Assembly: GCF_009914755.1 (NCBI RefSeq)
Contig: NC_060928.1
Source: the human T2T-CHM13v2.0 reference genome, Homo sapiens
Direction: 5' to 3' (one strand)
Length of the DNA: 64,000 nt
Part shown: in pieces, positions 14,285-29,325 of the stretch
Layout of the letters: each line of letters opens with the position of its first letter
Numbering within the stretch: the stretch's first letter is position 1
Notes under the pieces: generated by a model
Database searches by the model: none
What the model was told of the DNA's origin: nothing
Seen by the model: the letters and a program-made list of their open reading frames with translations, nothing else
Position numbers and translations under genes: made by a program

Positions 14285-14925
14285 CAGTTGATTCATGTTA
14301 TTCATGGGAATTACGTTTTATAACGTTGCTACAAACACTGTATTAGCAGTAGTTGAACCACTGCTTTGAGGAAAAATAAAGGGGTAGGTTTCCTGCAAGC
14401 ATTTGATTACTGATTTTCATCAATTGATCAATAAATAACATTGCTTTATGTTTGTTTCTGTTTAAAGACAACTTTCTGAATATATGTTGTCGATTCATTA
14501 ACGTTCAATTGACAGCCAACAGCACTGTAACACACCCCTAACAAAGCTTATATATCACACATGTTTCCATCAGTCACGTTGCAGCCAGTTCTGGAGATTA
14601 GGAGTAGGAGACAGCCCTTCAGCACTACGCTTGGGGGAAGTTTTAACATTGAAATAGTCAACATTAAGCACAGAAGTGTGAGAAATACAGCACTAGACAG
14701 ATCGTGAAAAGGACAGTTGTGTAGAGTATAAGAGCTGAAACAAGAAGACAGAAAGTCACTTTGTTCATTGGCAACGTGCATCTTGAGTGACTCAAACTTT
14801 TTGTCACTTTGTACGTCCGTGAATTGCTGCTAAAGCACCAAAAATATTGATTTGGGGGTTACAAATAAATTTTATAGATAAGCAAATTTGCAAATGTGGA
14901 ATTCATGAATAATGAGGGTGAACTG
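14285..14925 (+). mobile_element. MER82-like TcMar-Tigger non-autonomous DNA transposon, apparently full length
   Basis: Imperfect TIRs 'cagttgattcatgttattcatg' and 'catgaataatgagggtgaactg'; TA dinucleotides on both sides (14283-84, 14926-27); internal 'tttctgtttaaagaca' and 'acagccaacagcactgtaac'. Confidence 0.85.
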
Positions 14926-15087
14926 TACTGAGAATTTTTTTCCTTAAATGCACCCTTGCAGTCTCACACCTATTTCCCATGTCACATAATTTTAACTTCA
15001 GAGCCCACCTTCCTCGTTATGTCTCCAGGATAAGTAAGCCTGCTGAATACTTCTGTATTCAGTTAGGTATTTCTTATACGTGGATAA

Positions 15088-15447
<360 letters not shown>

Positions 15448-17302
15448 TCAATTTATTGTTCTTTTACATTGTTTGTGGCCCTGACTCCTACAGGAGAATA
15501 GCTGAGGGTTTTACACTCACTCTCGGCCTCTGTTCAGGCCTGTGCTGTGGATTCTTAGACTCACCTTAGGAGTTCAATCAAAGAAACTTCTTCTGGAACA
15601 TTGAAAATATATGACATATATTACTTGCTTCTGTTTCTTCTGGATTCCACAACACCTCCTTGCCAAGAAAGGAGCAAATTATAGAATAATCAATAGATCA
15701 CAACATAGACAATAGGTATTAGCTGTTAAGACAGCAGACATAAAGATATCACTCTAACTTACATTGTGTTTGAATTTATTATTTCAGTGTTGTTATTGTT
15801 CATAGTGCAACTGTTTTCTAATACTCTTCTATTGATCTTTTATTTCTATGTTTTATAGCAAATGTTATTCAACAAAGCCATTTAGTTATTGTATACAGAT
15901 TCTAGTTCTTCTAAGTAAAACAATATATATTTAATCTCTTTTTTTCCTTTTCATTATTTGTGAAAGGTTTCATACTACAGTCATCAGGGTGGTTTAATCT
16001 CTCCTACAGGTAACGTATTTTAATCATGACCAGCTCCCTTTTGAACCATTGGTATATCTCTGTCTGCCTTCTGTTTTCTTGAAGTCTTTGAAGTGGAAAA
16101 ACCTATTCAAAAATAACTTATTTTTGAGAAATTAAATGTGAAATTCAAAGAATATAACCTCTGCTTACATGAATAACAGCAACCAAACAAAAAACAAAAG
16201 CCCTTTGAGTTTACCAAGTTCTCATTTAAATACCAAATCACTCTACCTTCAAATAAAAACATAGCTCCTTCTGCTTAAGAAGGGATTCTGATTCACAATT
16301 TTCTTATACTTTAGAAAATAACTATAAAGGAATATACTTGAATTGGATATATTATTATGGCACAATATAAATATATTCATATATAAATACAATATGAATA
16401 TTAAACATTTTGAAGATAAATATTAAAATATGTGTATGTATTTTAGAATTAATAAAATGTCACCAAATATAAAATCAATTAATTTTCACAATCAATTTTA
16501 AAATACCCAGTGGAAATTATGGAGGGAAATAGAAGTGGTAACTACAATAATTATTTCAATAAGCGAATTGTGTACATTGTTTGTTTCTAAGTTTATGTGG
16601 ATACTCCTTTTATATTTTTAATTTGATTGCTTCACTTTTTCTAATGAAGCCAGACAAATTACACAGGTTTCTTTCTGTAAAAAGAGGCACTCAGTAATAA
16701 ATAGGGACAATTTGATTGTCACTGCATAAAATCTTCTTTCCCTGTAGCAGGTTTCTGACTCTTGGTCTACTTGCAGGGGGCTTTACCCCTCTTCCCCTCT
16801 CACCCTTTCTTTACACATGGAAGCAGGCCACTCAGCTCTGCCTACAATGCTCTTTAACCACTGACTGTGACATCTATCATCTAGGATATGATCCCAATGA
16901 AATAAAGCTATTATCAGAAAGAGAGAAAATTAAGGCTTGACTGGAGCCTACATAATGGCTGAGGCCAAAGAACAAAAAACAAGGCATTTGAGATCCACAA
17001 ACAGGCCTACCCAACGACGGAACAACACAAGTGCGCATTCCTTGTCTCTGTCTCATGGCATCATCATTCCCCCAACTCTGTTCTTAATAATAGATCTCCA
17101 TGGAAATGCAGTCAGACATATTTCTGTTTCTGAAGGGTCTGCTTTGTCTTACGTTTTTGATGAAAGCCCATAGAAATAGGGATATCTGCTCAATAAATTA
17201 CAATCTGGTCTTTGACCAATCATTGTCACTGACTTTCATTTAATCTAATTGGATCAGTGAGTATTGTAACTATTTTCAACAGGCCTAACTAGGGCCAAAT
17301 GT

Positions 17303-17362
17303 AAAAAACAAAAACAAGCAACAACAACAAGAACAACAACAACAAAAAAAAAAAAAAAACAA
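17303..17362. repeat. A-rich (CAA)n / poly-A low-complexity tract
   Basis: 'aaaaaacaaaaacaagcaacaacaacaagaacaacaacaacaaaaaaaaaaaaaaaac'. Confidence 0.8.
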
Positions 17363-17786
17363 GGCGTTCTTAATCTATGGTAAATACAGCTTTAACTTTT
17401 AAGAAACAGAGAAAATATCCTAACAAATTTAAGATTCTTGAAATCAATTTCTACATTTAACCCTCGATATTAATATATTTAGTTGCTTTTTACACTGTAG
17501 AAAAAGATAAATAGATTTTATATCAAATATTTAGTAGAGATATAAAAAATGTTTTTTTGCCTTTGTCTGAAATCAAGTCTACATAGTGGCTTTAAAAGTT
17601 TATATTTTACATTTGGTCTTGATTTTTTAACAGGTTAAATGTAGCATGTGATTTGATATGGGGAAAGGTTTAGCCTGGTTAATAAAAAAGGAAATGAAAT
17701 GCTGAGATTATACTTGTAGGGAAAAAGATTTGTCTGGAAAATGGTTTGCAGAGTATTGGGATATCACCTTGAATTAAGAATGGAGG

Positions 17787-18086
17787 GGCCGGGCACGGTG
17801 GCTTACGCCTGCAATCCCAGCACTTTGGGAGGCCGAGGCAGGTGGATCACTTGACATCAGGAGTTTGAGACCAGCCTGACCAACATGGTGAAACCCTGAC
17901 TCTACTAAAAATACAAAATTAGCCGGGCATGGAGGTGCATGCCTGTAATCCCAGCTACTTGGGAGGCTGAGGCAGGAGGATTGCTTGAATCAGGAGGCAG
18001 AGGTTGCAGTGGGCCAAGATCACACTATTGTACTCCAGCTTGGGCAACAAGAGCAAAACTCCTCTCCAAAAAAAAAAAAAAAAAAA
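17787..18086 (+). mobile_element. AluS (Sq/Sp-like)
   Basis: Dimer with 'caacaagagcaaaactcc'; TSD 'aagaatggagg'/'aagattggagg'. Confidence 0.95.
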
Positions 18087-18355
18087 GATTGGAGGGTGAG
18101 TGATGGTAGATAAACAGGTTACGTGAAGGCTACTCTTGCCAGATTAGGATAAATATGCAGATGCATGGCCTCAAATTTTCATTAAATTGAATATTTATTT
18201 ATCTTCACTTTCAATTTTGTTATTTGAGATGCATATTGGGCTATCTTTTCAAATAGTTACCCCTTACTACCTATTATATAGGTCAATATTTCAAATAATA
18301 AGTATGCTAAATTCTGTTGTGATACTTGAGTATGTTAGTTAAAATAACATATATT

Positions 18356-20690
<2,335 letters not shown>

Positions 20691-21184
20691 AAAATATGTC
20701 TTATAATAGAAACACATCCAGTCAAAATACTGTTTTTCTACCAACATTAAATACAGTTAAATTATGCAGCAGCTATATAATCTTGGTTCCATCCAGGAGA
20801 CTGATTTACATGGTTTCTTGGGCTTCCAAAAACTGGAAGATTTTTCAAGTTTTCTAAATTATTCTCAAAAATATTTTTCACAATCAATATTTTGGTTATT
20901 GTTAAGTAACAATATGTTCAGGATTGCACACTGTAATTATTAGTAATGCAGATAGTCTACACGGCCAGTCAAGACTGCTATAATGAATCCTGGTAATTAG
21001 GATGACAGTACCTTATCAAAGTGTCAAAGCCCAATGAACATGTTTGCCTAAATACAAGACTACACACAACTCCCACATGTATAACATCTAAATGTTAAAA
21101 TTGCCAGATAGGGTACACTAGTACATGCCTCTTTTATGTATCCAGCAGTCTAATTAGTGATGTCTTCTTTGAAGTGTCACATTG

Positions 21185-21995
21185 AAATAGTGACATCAAA
21201 CTCAACATGTCCCCAAAGTAAATCTTGATTTCTCTCCTCAGCTATCTCTTCAAATCCTGCTCCCTTCCAGTAAATTATAGCACTATACATTCTGTTGCTT
21301 CATCAGGGATTCAATGTGTATTCACATTTTTTCTCTGTTGCTTACACCGACATGTTCAGTAAGTCATATTTTTTACATCCTCAATGTATCTCAAAAGTAT
21401 CCAGTTCTCTACACTTCATGGTCGTCATCTTGGCTATAACCATTGTTATTTTTCACTGGACTAATTTCAAGAATGTCGGCTTTCAACAGGTATTCTAAAA
21501 ACATATATGTAATGAGTAAGCAAATATTTTATAAGGCTTCACATGATTTGGCCATTAGACAACCTCATCATATGTTTCTTTTTGTCCACTCTACTTCAGT
21601 CACACTGGGATTCTTTCACTTGCTAGAAAGGTTTCCAATCTTGGGATTATCCAAAGGGTTACTTCTACTTGGAATGTTCTTCTCACAGTTCTTGGTAGAA
21701 GTGACTTCTTTCCATCCTTCAGTGGTGGCCTAAAGGTAACTTTCTCAGATTCCCCAAGCTGACCAACTTTAGAGTTTGGTTCCTCTTCTTTGTTATTCTA
21801 AATAACTAATATATTTTATTTTCTTCATCTTGTTCATCACAAGTGTAACTCGTATTAATTTGTTATTCACCTATCATCCCCTCTCTTCTCTAATATATAC
21901 TTCCTGTGGATAATGTAAAAGTATTTTATTTACCGACAAATACTCATAATCTAGCATAGTTCCAGACATGTAAGAATTTATTAAATGATATTCTA
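21185..21995 (+). mobile_element. L2 relic
   Basis: 'catcaaactcaacatgtcc', 'cttctacttggaatgttcttctc' and terminal 'ctagcatagttccagacatgtaag...ttaaatg'. Confidence 0.65.
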
Positions 21996-22424
21996 ACAAA
22001 TAACAAGTTATGAGATAAGATGCCCTGTGGTCACGTTCAAGATTTTCCTCAGTAAACAGTTTGAGATCTGCCTTATCTGATGTTTGAATGGATAAGTCTA
22101 GGCAAAAGGTCATGGTTGTACCATTTTTTAAATCTAAACAATTTTAAAGCAGTTTTCAGCAAATATTGACTTCAGGCATATAAAAAATAGCATAACTGGT
22201 GAACTTTTCAACATAAATTGAGTGGAGATTAAGTTGTATCTTTAGATACCTGAATATACTGGGTGGTTCTACTGAGTTTTTAGCCAGAAACCAGTTCTAT
22301 CTTTTGAGAAATTGTGTTTTTCTCCAGAAGAATTTATCTAAGGCTTTTCTTTTCAGCAAGATTTGGATGACAATATCTGCCATTTCTTAAAGTTAGTGAG
22401 ATTCCGTAGACTGTCCATTTTTAG

Positions 22425-22600
22425 ACAGTGGGCTATGAATTCAGACATATTTAGGTTTCAACTTCATTTCTATATTTATAAATACCTATGAAAGTTTGGA
22501 CAATTTTTTAAATATTTTTCAGTTTAAAATGAAGAAAAAACTTACTTATTCTGTAAAATTAGGTAACATTACTTATAAGATTTTCATTATCATTTCTAAC
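22425..22600 (+). mobile_element. MIR relic
   Basis: 'gtgggctatgaattcagacatatttaggtttcaac...tttggacaatt...ctgtaaaatt'; heavily diverged. Confidence 0.4.
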
Positions 22601-24094
22601 TTATTATAAACTCATGTCACCTACATATACGACAAATCTTATCTTTTGCTTCTTTACAATAAGATCCAGGCAGATGAGGGCTAGACAGTGGGTCAGCTGG
22701 GCATGTTCCTGGAATGCCAATTTACAGATGGTACTAATGTTTCTTTGGAATGCTAAATGTTATGTGCGGGAAATGTAGAAAATCCTGTTTATCAGAACAC
22801 ATCTCAGAGCTGCTTCTTATGTGTCAGGCAATGCTAGAGACTTTTTCATGAACTCCATTGCTTAGTTTCCTCTGCACAATATATGGAAATGGGAGGAAAG
22901 CTTTGTTCTAAAAGCTTGGGCATGTTGGGACCCTACTAAATAAGATGGTGTGACCAGCAAAGACCAGCCAAGACATTGCTGTGTGGGACATGCAACTTTA
23001 GGGCAAATGTGGAACTCTTAGGGACAACACATTATAGGAGAGTACAGACACCTGTTCTCCTATTCTACCCTGCCTTCTGCATTGCTTGGTCTTTGTTTTA
23101 CATAAATGTTGGATAAATATTTAAGTAATAATGTTTTCAGGGATGCCAGATTATTAATCTTTCCAATATATTTCATTAATTGGTCAAGTTTTAGGTGTAT
23201 GTGATGAATTCATTTAATACTGTTAACAAATTATTGAAAATAAACTTTTAAAAATCTTTGTATCATACCAGATTATATCAATTTCACCAACTGAAAATTA
23301 TTAGAAAGTTTACCAACAGAGCATGTATACCAACTTTTGCTTTCAGAGTAATGATATAATGCAGGTCATTCATAAACCCCAATGGCAACAAAATGGCGGG
23401 TGTGGAATAGAGTTTGCTAAGCTTAGTTTACAATTGATTCCTATCTATTAAGGATTCTACAAAAGACAGAAACATCTTCATTTTAGGTTTTTTCACCTAG
23501 ATTTGAAGAATGCAACAATTGTCAGAGTAGAGAATGTATGCTCTTCATGAAAAATATTGTTCTGCAAATCTCCAATTAGCAATGCAGCAAAAAGAAAATC
23601 CAAAACTTGAGAAGGAATATATATTAAGACTACAGATTTATGATTTTAGAAAGCAAAATATTTTATAACCATTTTATCCTAAAATAATTTGCTAATATAT
23701 TTTCCTCTAAAGGATTCTCAAAAGACTTGTGTCAATGGTTGTCAAATGTATTCATCAAAGTTATTGCAGAATATATTTGCTTTATAAAATTTAAAAATCA
23801 TTAATAAAATAATGTTTTCTTTTCAGTGTTTGAAATATTTATCTATGACAAATACCATTCAGTGAATTTAAATAATACTAGATATAAAACTCTGTATTTA
23901 ATGCAATAGTGAAAAAGAAGTAGATTGTGCTATATAAATTTACATAAAGCTTACATTGAAAGAATTTTTAAAAAACTTTCCTAAATTTAAAATATTTACT
24001 ATATTATAAATAAATAATAAAAAACAACAGCATCTTATTGTTTTGTTTGTTTGTGTTTTATTACTAAGACACAAAGTTTGAATGTAAATCAAAT

Positions 24095-24350
24095 AATACA
24101 ATGATTATATAATAATATCAACTTTTTGGGGCTTAATCTGCATTAGTCAATGTGATAAGCTTTTTTAGTATACCTTATATATAAGAGAATATGCACAAAA
24201 AATAGAAAGGTAGAAACTATCATTCTTCTTTGATAAATAAGAAAACAGAATCTTAGTATAAATAGCTTAACCATGGAAATACAGCTAGAAAATGGTCAAG
24301 GTGAACTATGAACTACTGTCAGGTTTTCCCCAGAGCCTATCTTCAAATCA
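24095..24350 (-). mobile_element. MIR relic
   Basis: 'ggtagaaactatcattcttctttgataaataagaaaacagaatcttag...acagctagaaaatgg'. Confidence 0.5.
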
Positions 24351-24472
24351 GTTGGCTATATCATACTGTAAATTTATTACTCATGAAGCCACTGTAGCAA
24401 AGAGGAATGCTTATAGAAAATATTCATGTAAATGTATATAATATATAGAAAACACATTTCATTCAATAATAC

Positions 24473-24832
24473 TGTATCAGTTTTCACACTGCTACAAATA
24501 AGCTACCTGAGACAGTGTAAATTATAAAGGAAAGAGGTTTAGTGGACTCACAGTTCCACATAGCTGGGGAGGTCTCAGGAAACTTACAATCATGGTGGAA
24601 GGGGAAGAGGAAGCAAGGCACATCTTACATGGTCGCAGGAGAGAGACAAGGTGCAGAGGAAACGGCCATTTTTACACCATCTGCTCTCGTGAGAACTTCC
24701 TCTCTATCATGAGAACAGTGTGAGGTAAACTGCCCCATGATCCAACCACCTCCCACCAGGTTCCTCCCTTGTCACGGGGGGATTTCTATTAGAGATGAGA
24801 TTTTGGTGGAGACACAGAGCCAAACCATATCA
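24473..24832 (-). mobile_element. THE1D/MSTA-like MaLR solo LTR
   Basis: 'tgtatcagttttcacactgct...ggaaagaggttt...aggaaacttacaatcatgg...gacacagagccaaaccatatca'; 5-bp TSD aatac/aatat. Confidence 0.92.
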
Positions 24833-26746
24833 AATATATTATATGAAAAAAAATCCAGTATAATATATGCATACATATGTAAATTTTATATTCCCTTTTA
24901 TTCATATGTATTTAATCTTTATTTTGCAATGCCTTCATTTATTTCATCATATGTTTTAAGCACTTCTAAAATTGCAGCCTCTCTGCTAGTTATTGTTCTT
25001 TTGGTTCACAGCATAAAGAGCAGGAAGACGTTCTATAAACTCAGAAAATAGTTTTTAAACATTTGCTTGACTAAACTTGTGAATCTGTTTTTTAGTAAAT
25101 ACACTAAAACATTAAACTCTTTTTGGTTGCTTTTGTTACAAAGCTGTCTTAGCACATAAGTTTCGGGGAAAACGTTCATAAAAGTTTTGCTATGCATACT
25201 GTTAAACCATTTGTTTATTTTTTGCTGCTTCTTGTTTGTTTTAATTTACAAGTAACCATCTTAGCAAACTAGAGCAAGCTTACAAGATATGCATTATAAA
25301 TTAAAGTCATCTGTTTAAATCTCCAAATATTTCGATCAAGGCAATATTCATTCTTGACATAAGAAGATAGAACCAAATTGTCTTCCTGTTGTCATCATGA
25401 ATGCTGCTTTAAAAATGAGGAGTGTATCCTTTAAAATGCATACAAGTCTGACCTCAAAATTATAAACTGTTAACTTCAAGAGCTGCGTGGAATAACCTCT
25501 TCAAAATGCTCTGAATTTCTGGGCATCATATAGAAAACCAGTCCACAAAAATGGCATATGTAGGGGTGGGAGGAAAAGGGGTTCATAAGGTCATGCTGCC
25601 AAAACTTTTGCCACAATGAAAAGAGGCAAAAGCTACGTTAAATAACCTTACATATCCTTAGCACAATAAGGTCAGAAAGTCTTACTTTTGAACACATGAT
25701 GCAGGAAATGCTCCATTTTCATTACAGTTCATTTGTATTGATTCAACACTGCATTACCTTTGAGAGTTTGGGTACACTGTATTGAATTCATGGAATTATA
25801 GAAATTAGAATTATAAAAGGCCAATTGGCCCATCTTGGTCTACGTATTAGTGAAAGATTATTTGGTGTAACATATTCTTTAGTGTTTAGCGAAATTTTAA
25901 ATGAGTTAAGCAATCGTGCTTTTGGGAAATGATCTCAATCATAAGACAGCTTAGGGCTTATATTTTTCATTATCTTTAGAAAATGCATGTTTAACCATAT
26001 TCTAGCCATTGAGATTTTTAAAGTATGAGTCAGTTTTTCCCAGTGTTTGAGCAGTTTCCCATATGGAACATGGCAATGCTACAACATATTTATTGCTAAC
26101 TACTTTTGACAAAGGAAGAAATATTGCCAAGTGACCAGGGTATGTGCATTTTAAATCTGTTCTAATTTAATTCTGGGAAAGATGGTTCAGTTTAAGAAAA
26201 TGTGGAATATGATATAGAGAAAACTATTGTGAGCAAATGTGAATTATCTTTAGTCACGGCAAGACCTTTCAAAGGTCTAACCTCAGAAAGGCTTTCCATG
26301 GTGACTTCCTCTGCATCATTTCTATCTTTGTATATTAAAAAAAAAGTCACCACAGAATTTTCAAAATACTTCACCGCAATCACCATAGGTTAATTTTCTA
26401 CAAATGATACATTCAAAAGCATTTTCTTCAGTAAGATGAAAGTTGAATAAATCCCCTGATTCGTCATGAAACTCTAAGTCAGTCCATGTTGATGAATATT
26501 CTGTTACAAACTATTGTGTCTGTTTCCTAGATTTAGCATGAAATCTGAAACAGGGAAAATGAGAATTGCTCTCAAATCCAGCTGCAATCAATCATCTTGA
26601 AATATACTCTGGTTCCTATGAGTGACACAACATAATAATTAAAGTCCTCTTCTGTTAGAAAAAACAATTTTTGATAGAAATAGACTTTTTTAACTTTTAG
26701 TTTTAAATTGTTCCTAATGAATTTCCATAAGTGTAATTATGCTTAA

Positions 26747-27085
<339 letters not shown>

Positions 27086-28495
27086 AACTCTTGATTTTTC
27101 TTGCAGAAATGAAATGTTTTCAGTAATAAGAAATTTTTTTTTCCATTTTTATTTCCCCTTGCTCACACATTTTATTATATTTATATCACATACTAGAGGT
27201 TTTGACAGAGTTGTGTGCTTGGGGACTCTCTTCTTAATGTACCCTCCCTTCTCATAGATATTCATCTATTAGATTCAAAGTAACCTTCATGCAGTTTAAC
27301 AATCAATTTGAATATGTTCATTTCAAACTAAATTAATTTTTACAGATGCATTTTATTTAATATCCTCATTCTCATGGTCACTCTGGCCAAAAATTCAGAA
27401 TCATCTCTGTTACTAATCCATTACCCTCTTACATTCAGGAAACTCAACTTTTTATTCACTCTTTTCCAATGAGTCCATCTCAAAATCATTTACTTTAGTA
27501 ACAGTTTCCCTTTTTATATCATCTGATTTTTTATTGCAAAATTATTTTTCCCGAAGGTACCTGGATGAAATGTAGAAAAAAAAATAACCTCTTGCTTTGG
27601 TTCACAATAGGATCACTTTCGTATCTCAGATGCCCCTACAACCATTCATTGATTAACTCAGTAGTTACCTATTATAGCGTCTAATTACTTCTTTCAAATT
27701 TCAAAGATTAGCTATTCTAAGGAAATGAATCTTTTCATGAATTTTGGATAAAAATAGATTTTTGTAAAACATGGAAATTAGTGCACAGAGGAGTTGATGG
27801 GAAGTTTTAACAAGAGGTTCTGAATGGATCCTTTAATTCACAGATAGATCATGAAGGGACTGAGACATGAGAACAAGGAATCCGAGGAAAATGTGCTCTA
27901 AGAAGAAGAAAAAAAAAACCTGAAGAAGTTTCCAACAAGAAAAATGTTGTTTAATTCACATACGTGACTAAGGATGCTCATCAGTATTCTTTAAATATTT
28001 CATTAGATGTTGATTGAGCAGTTACTATATGCAAAGGATTATGCTAGCTATTGATAGAAGGTAATTTCCTTCTTTAATATTAAGTGAATGGGGCAGATAA
28101 CATTCCTGCTGTATACCCAATGTTTTTTATGTAATAATAATTATTTCCTTCAAGTTGCTTGCAATCTATTCATAGACAGAAACAGTAACTACCAAGAACA
28201 AAACGTAATCCAAGAGTTTAAGGATGTAAGAAGACATCCCACAAAGTAGATTGTGATTAAGTCAGGAGTGATTCATACAGACTCTATATACCATTGAATG
28301 GTAGAAAGAATACTAAACTAGCCAGCTACCAAATTCTATGTCCTTGTGTCTATCATCTGTAAGGTCCTAATGATACATACATGGCACTGTAGTAAGGAAT
28401 AAAGAAGCTTATTTTACAAAATAGCTTGTAACATGTTAAGAGCTACACAAATGTAGTGAACTTTTCTTTTAATCTCAAAAGATTATTGTTTAGAG

Positions 28496-29325
28496 CAGTG
28501 TTTCTCCATCAGAGATAATTCCATCCCCAAGAAATACTTGGCAAAGTCCGGAAACAATTTTCGTAAGTATAGAGGAGGGAAAAAACTTTTCCACTACTTT
28601 CTCAGGTTCTGACTCTGGGATCCTGTGAACTAAATTCAAAAGATAAATTAACAGGAGAAAAGTCATGTAAACTTTATTGATGTTTTATGTGCATGGAGCA
28701 TTTCACAAAAATAAATATTTAAGCTGATAGGGTAAGCAGAGATTGAGGAAGAAAAGACTAGAAGTAGGAAAGTGACTAGAAGCAGGGTAAGCCCAAAGGG
28801 GCAGTAAAGAGGGATACATTGTGGGAAAGTGACTAGATAAAAGAAAGTGAGGTTTTGGTTCCCAGAGAGGTAACTTGGGGAATGATGACAAGAAAATGTA
28901 TGGGGTAAACTAATGGTAGATAAGGCTTCTTTGTAAACCAGACACATCTTGGTACCATCTCTAGTGATAAGAGTCATTTTCCTCTCCTGGGCATGGGAGT
29001 GGGGGACCTTTACAAATAAAAGTATCCCTTTATAAAAAGGAAATTTGTGCTTTAATTTTCATCAGATAGAATGAAGGCAGATAGTTCTTACTGTGGTTTC
29101 TCAATTGCTGTTGTTTTTTAATTACCTTCAGCTCAAAATAATCCTTATGCCAAAGTGGCATTCCCTTCAGTTGTCGCACTTTGGGTGTGGAGGAGCTGCT
29201 GGCATCTAGTGGGTGGAGGCTAGAAATGCTATTAAACAGCCCACAATGCGCAGGATAGTCCTCTTTCCCCTACCATAGAATTATCCTGCTCAAAATAGCA
29301 TTATGGCTGAGGTTGAGAAATCCTA
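28496..29325 (+). mobile_element. MER20 hAT-Charlie DNA transposon, split by an LTR insertion
   Basis: Left part 'cagtgtttctccatc...cttggcaaagtccggaaacaatttt' (28496-28561); right part 'gttgtcgcact...ggcatctagtgggtggaggctagaaatgct...gctgaggttgagaaatccta' (29169-29325). Confidence 0.85.
28562..29169 (-). mobile_element. ERV1 solo LTR, MER34/MER39-like
   Basis: 'attaacaggagaaaag...actttattg' and terminal 'cttcagctcaaaataatccttatgccaaagtggca...cccttca', typical of antisense MER34-group LTRs. Confidence 0.7.

Noticed and set aside
22670-23165. GC-richer segment that may be an old hAT-type DNA transposon
   Set aside because: Could not identify convincing TIRs or a TSD by eye, so it is not annotated.
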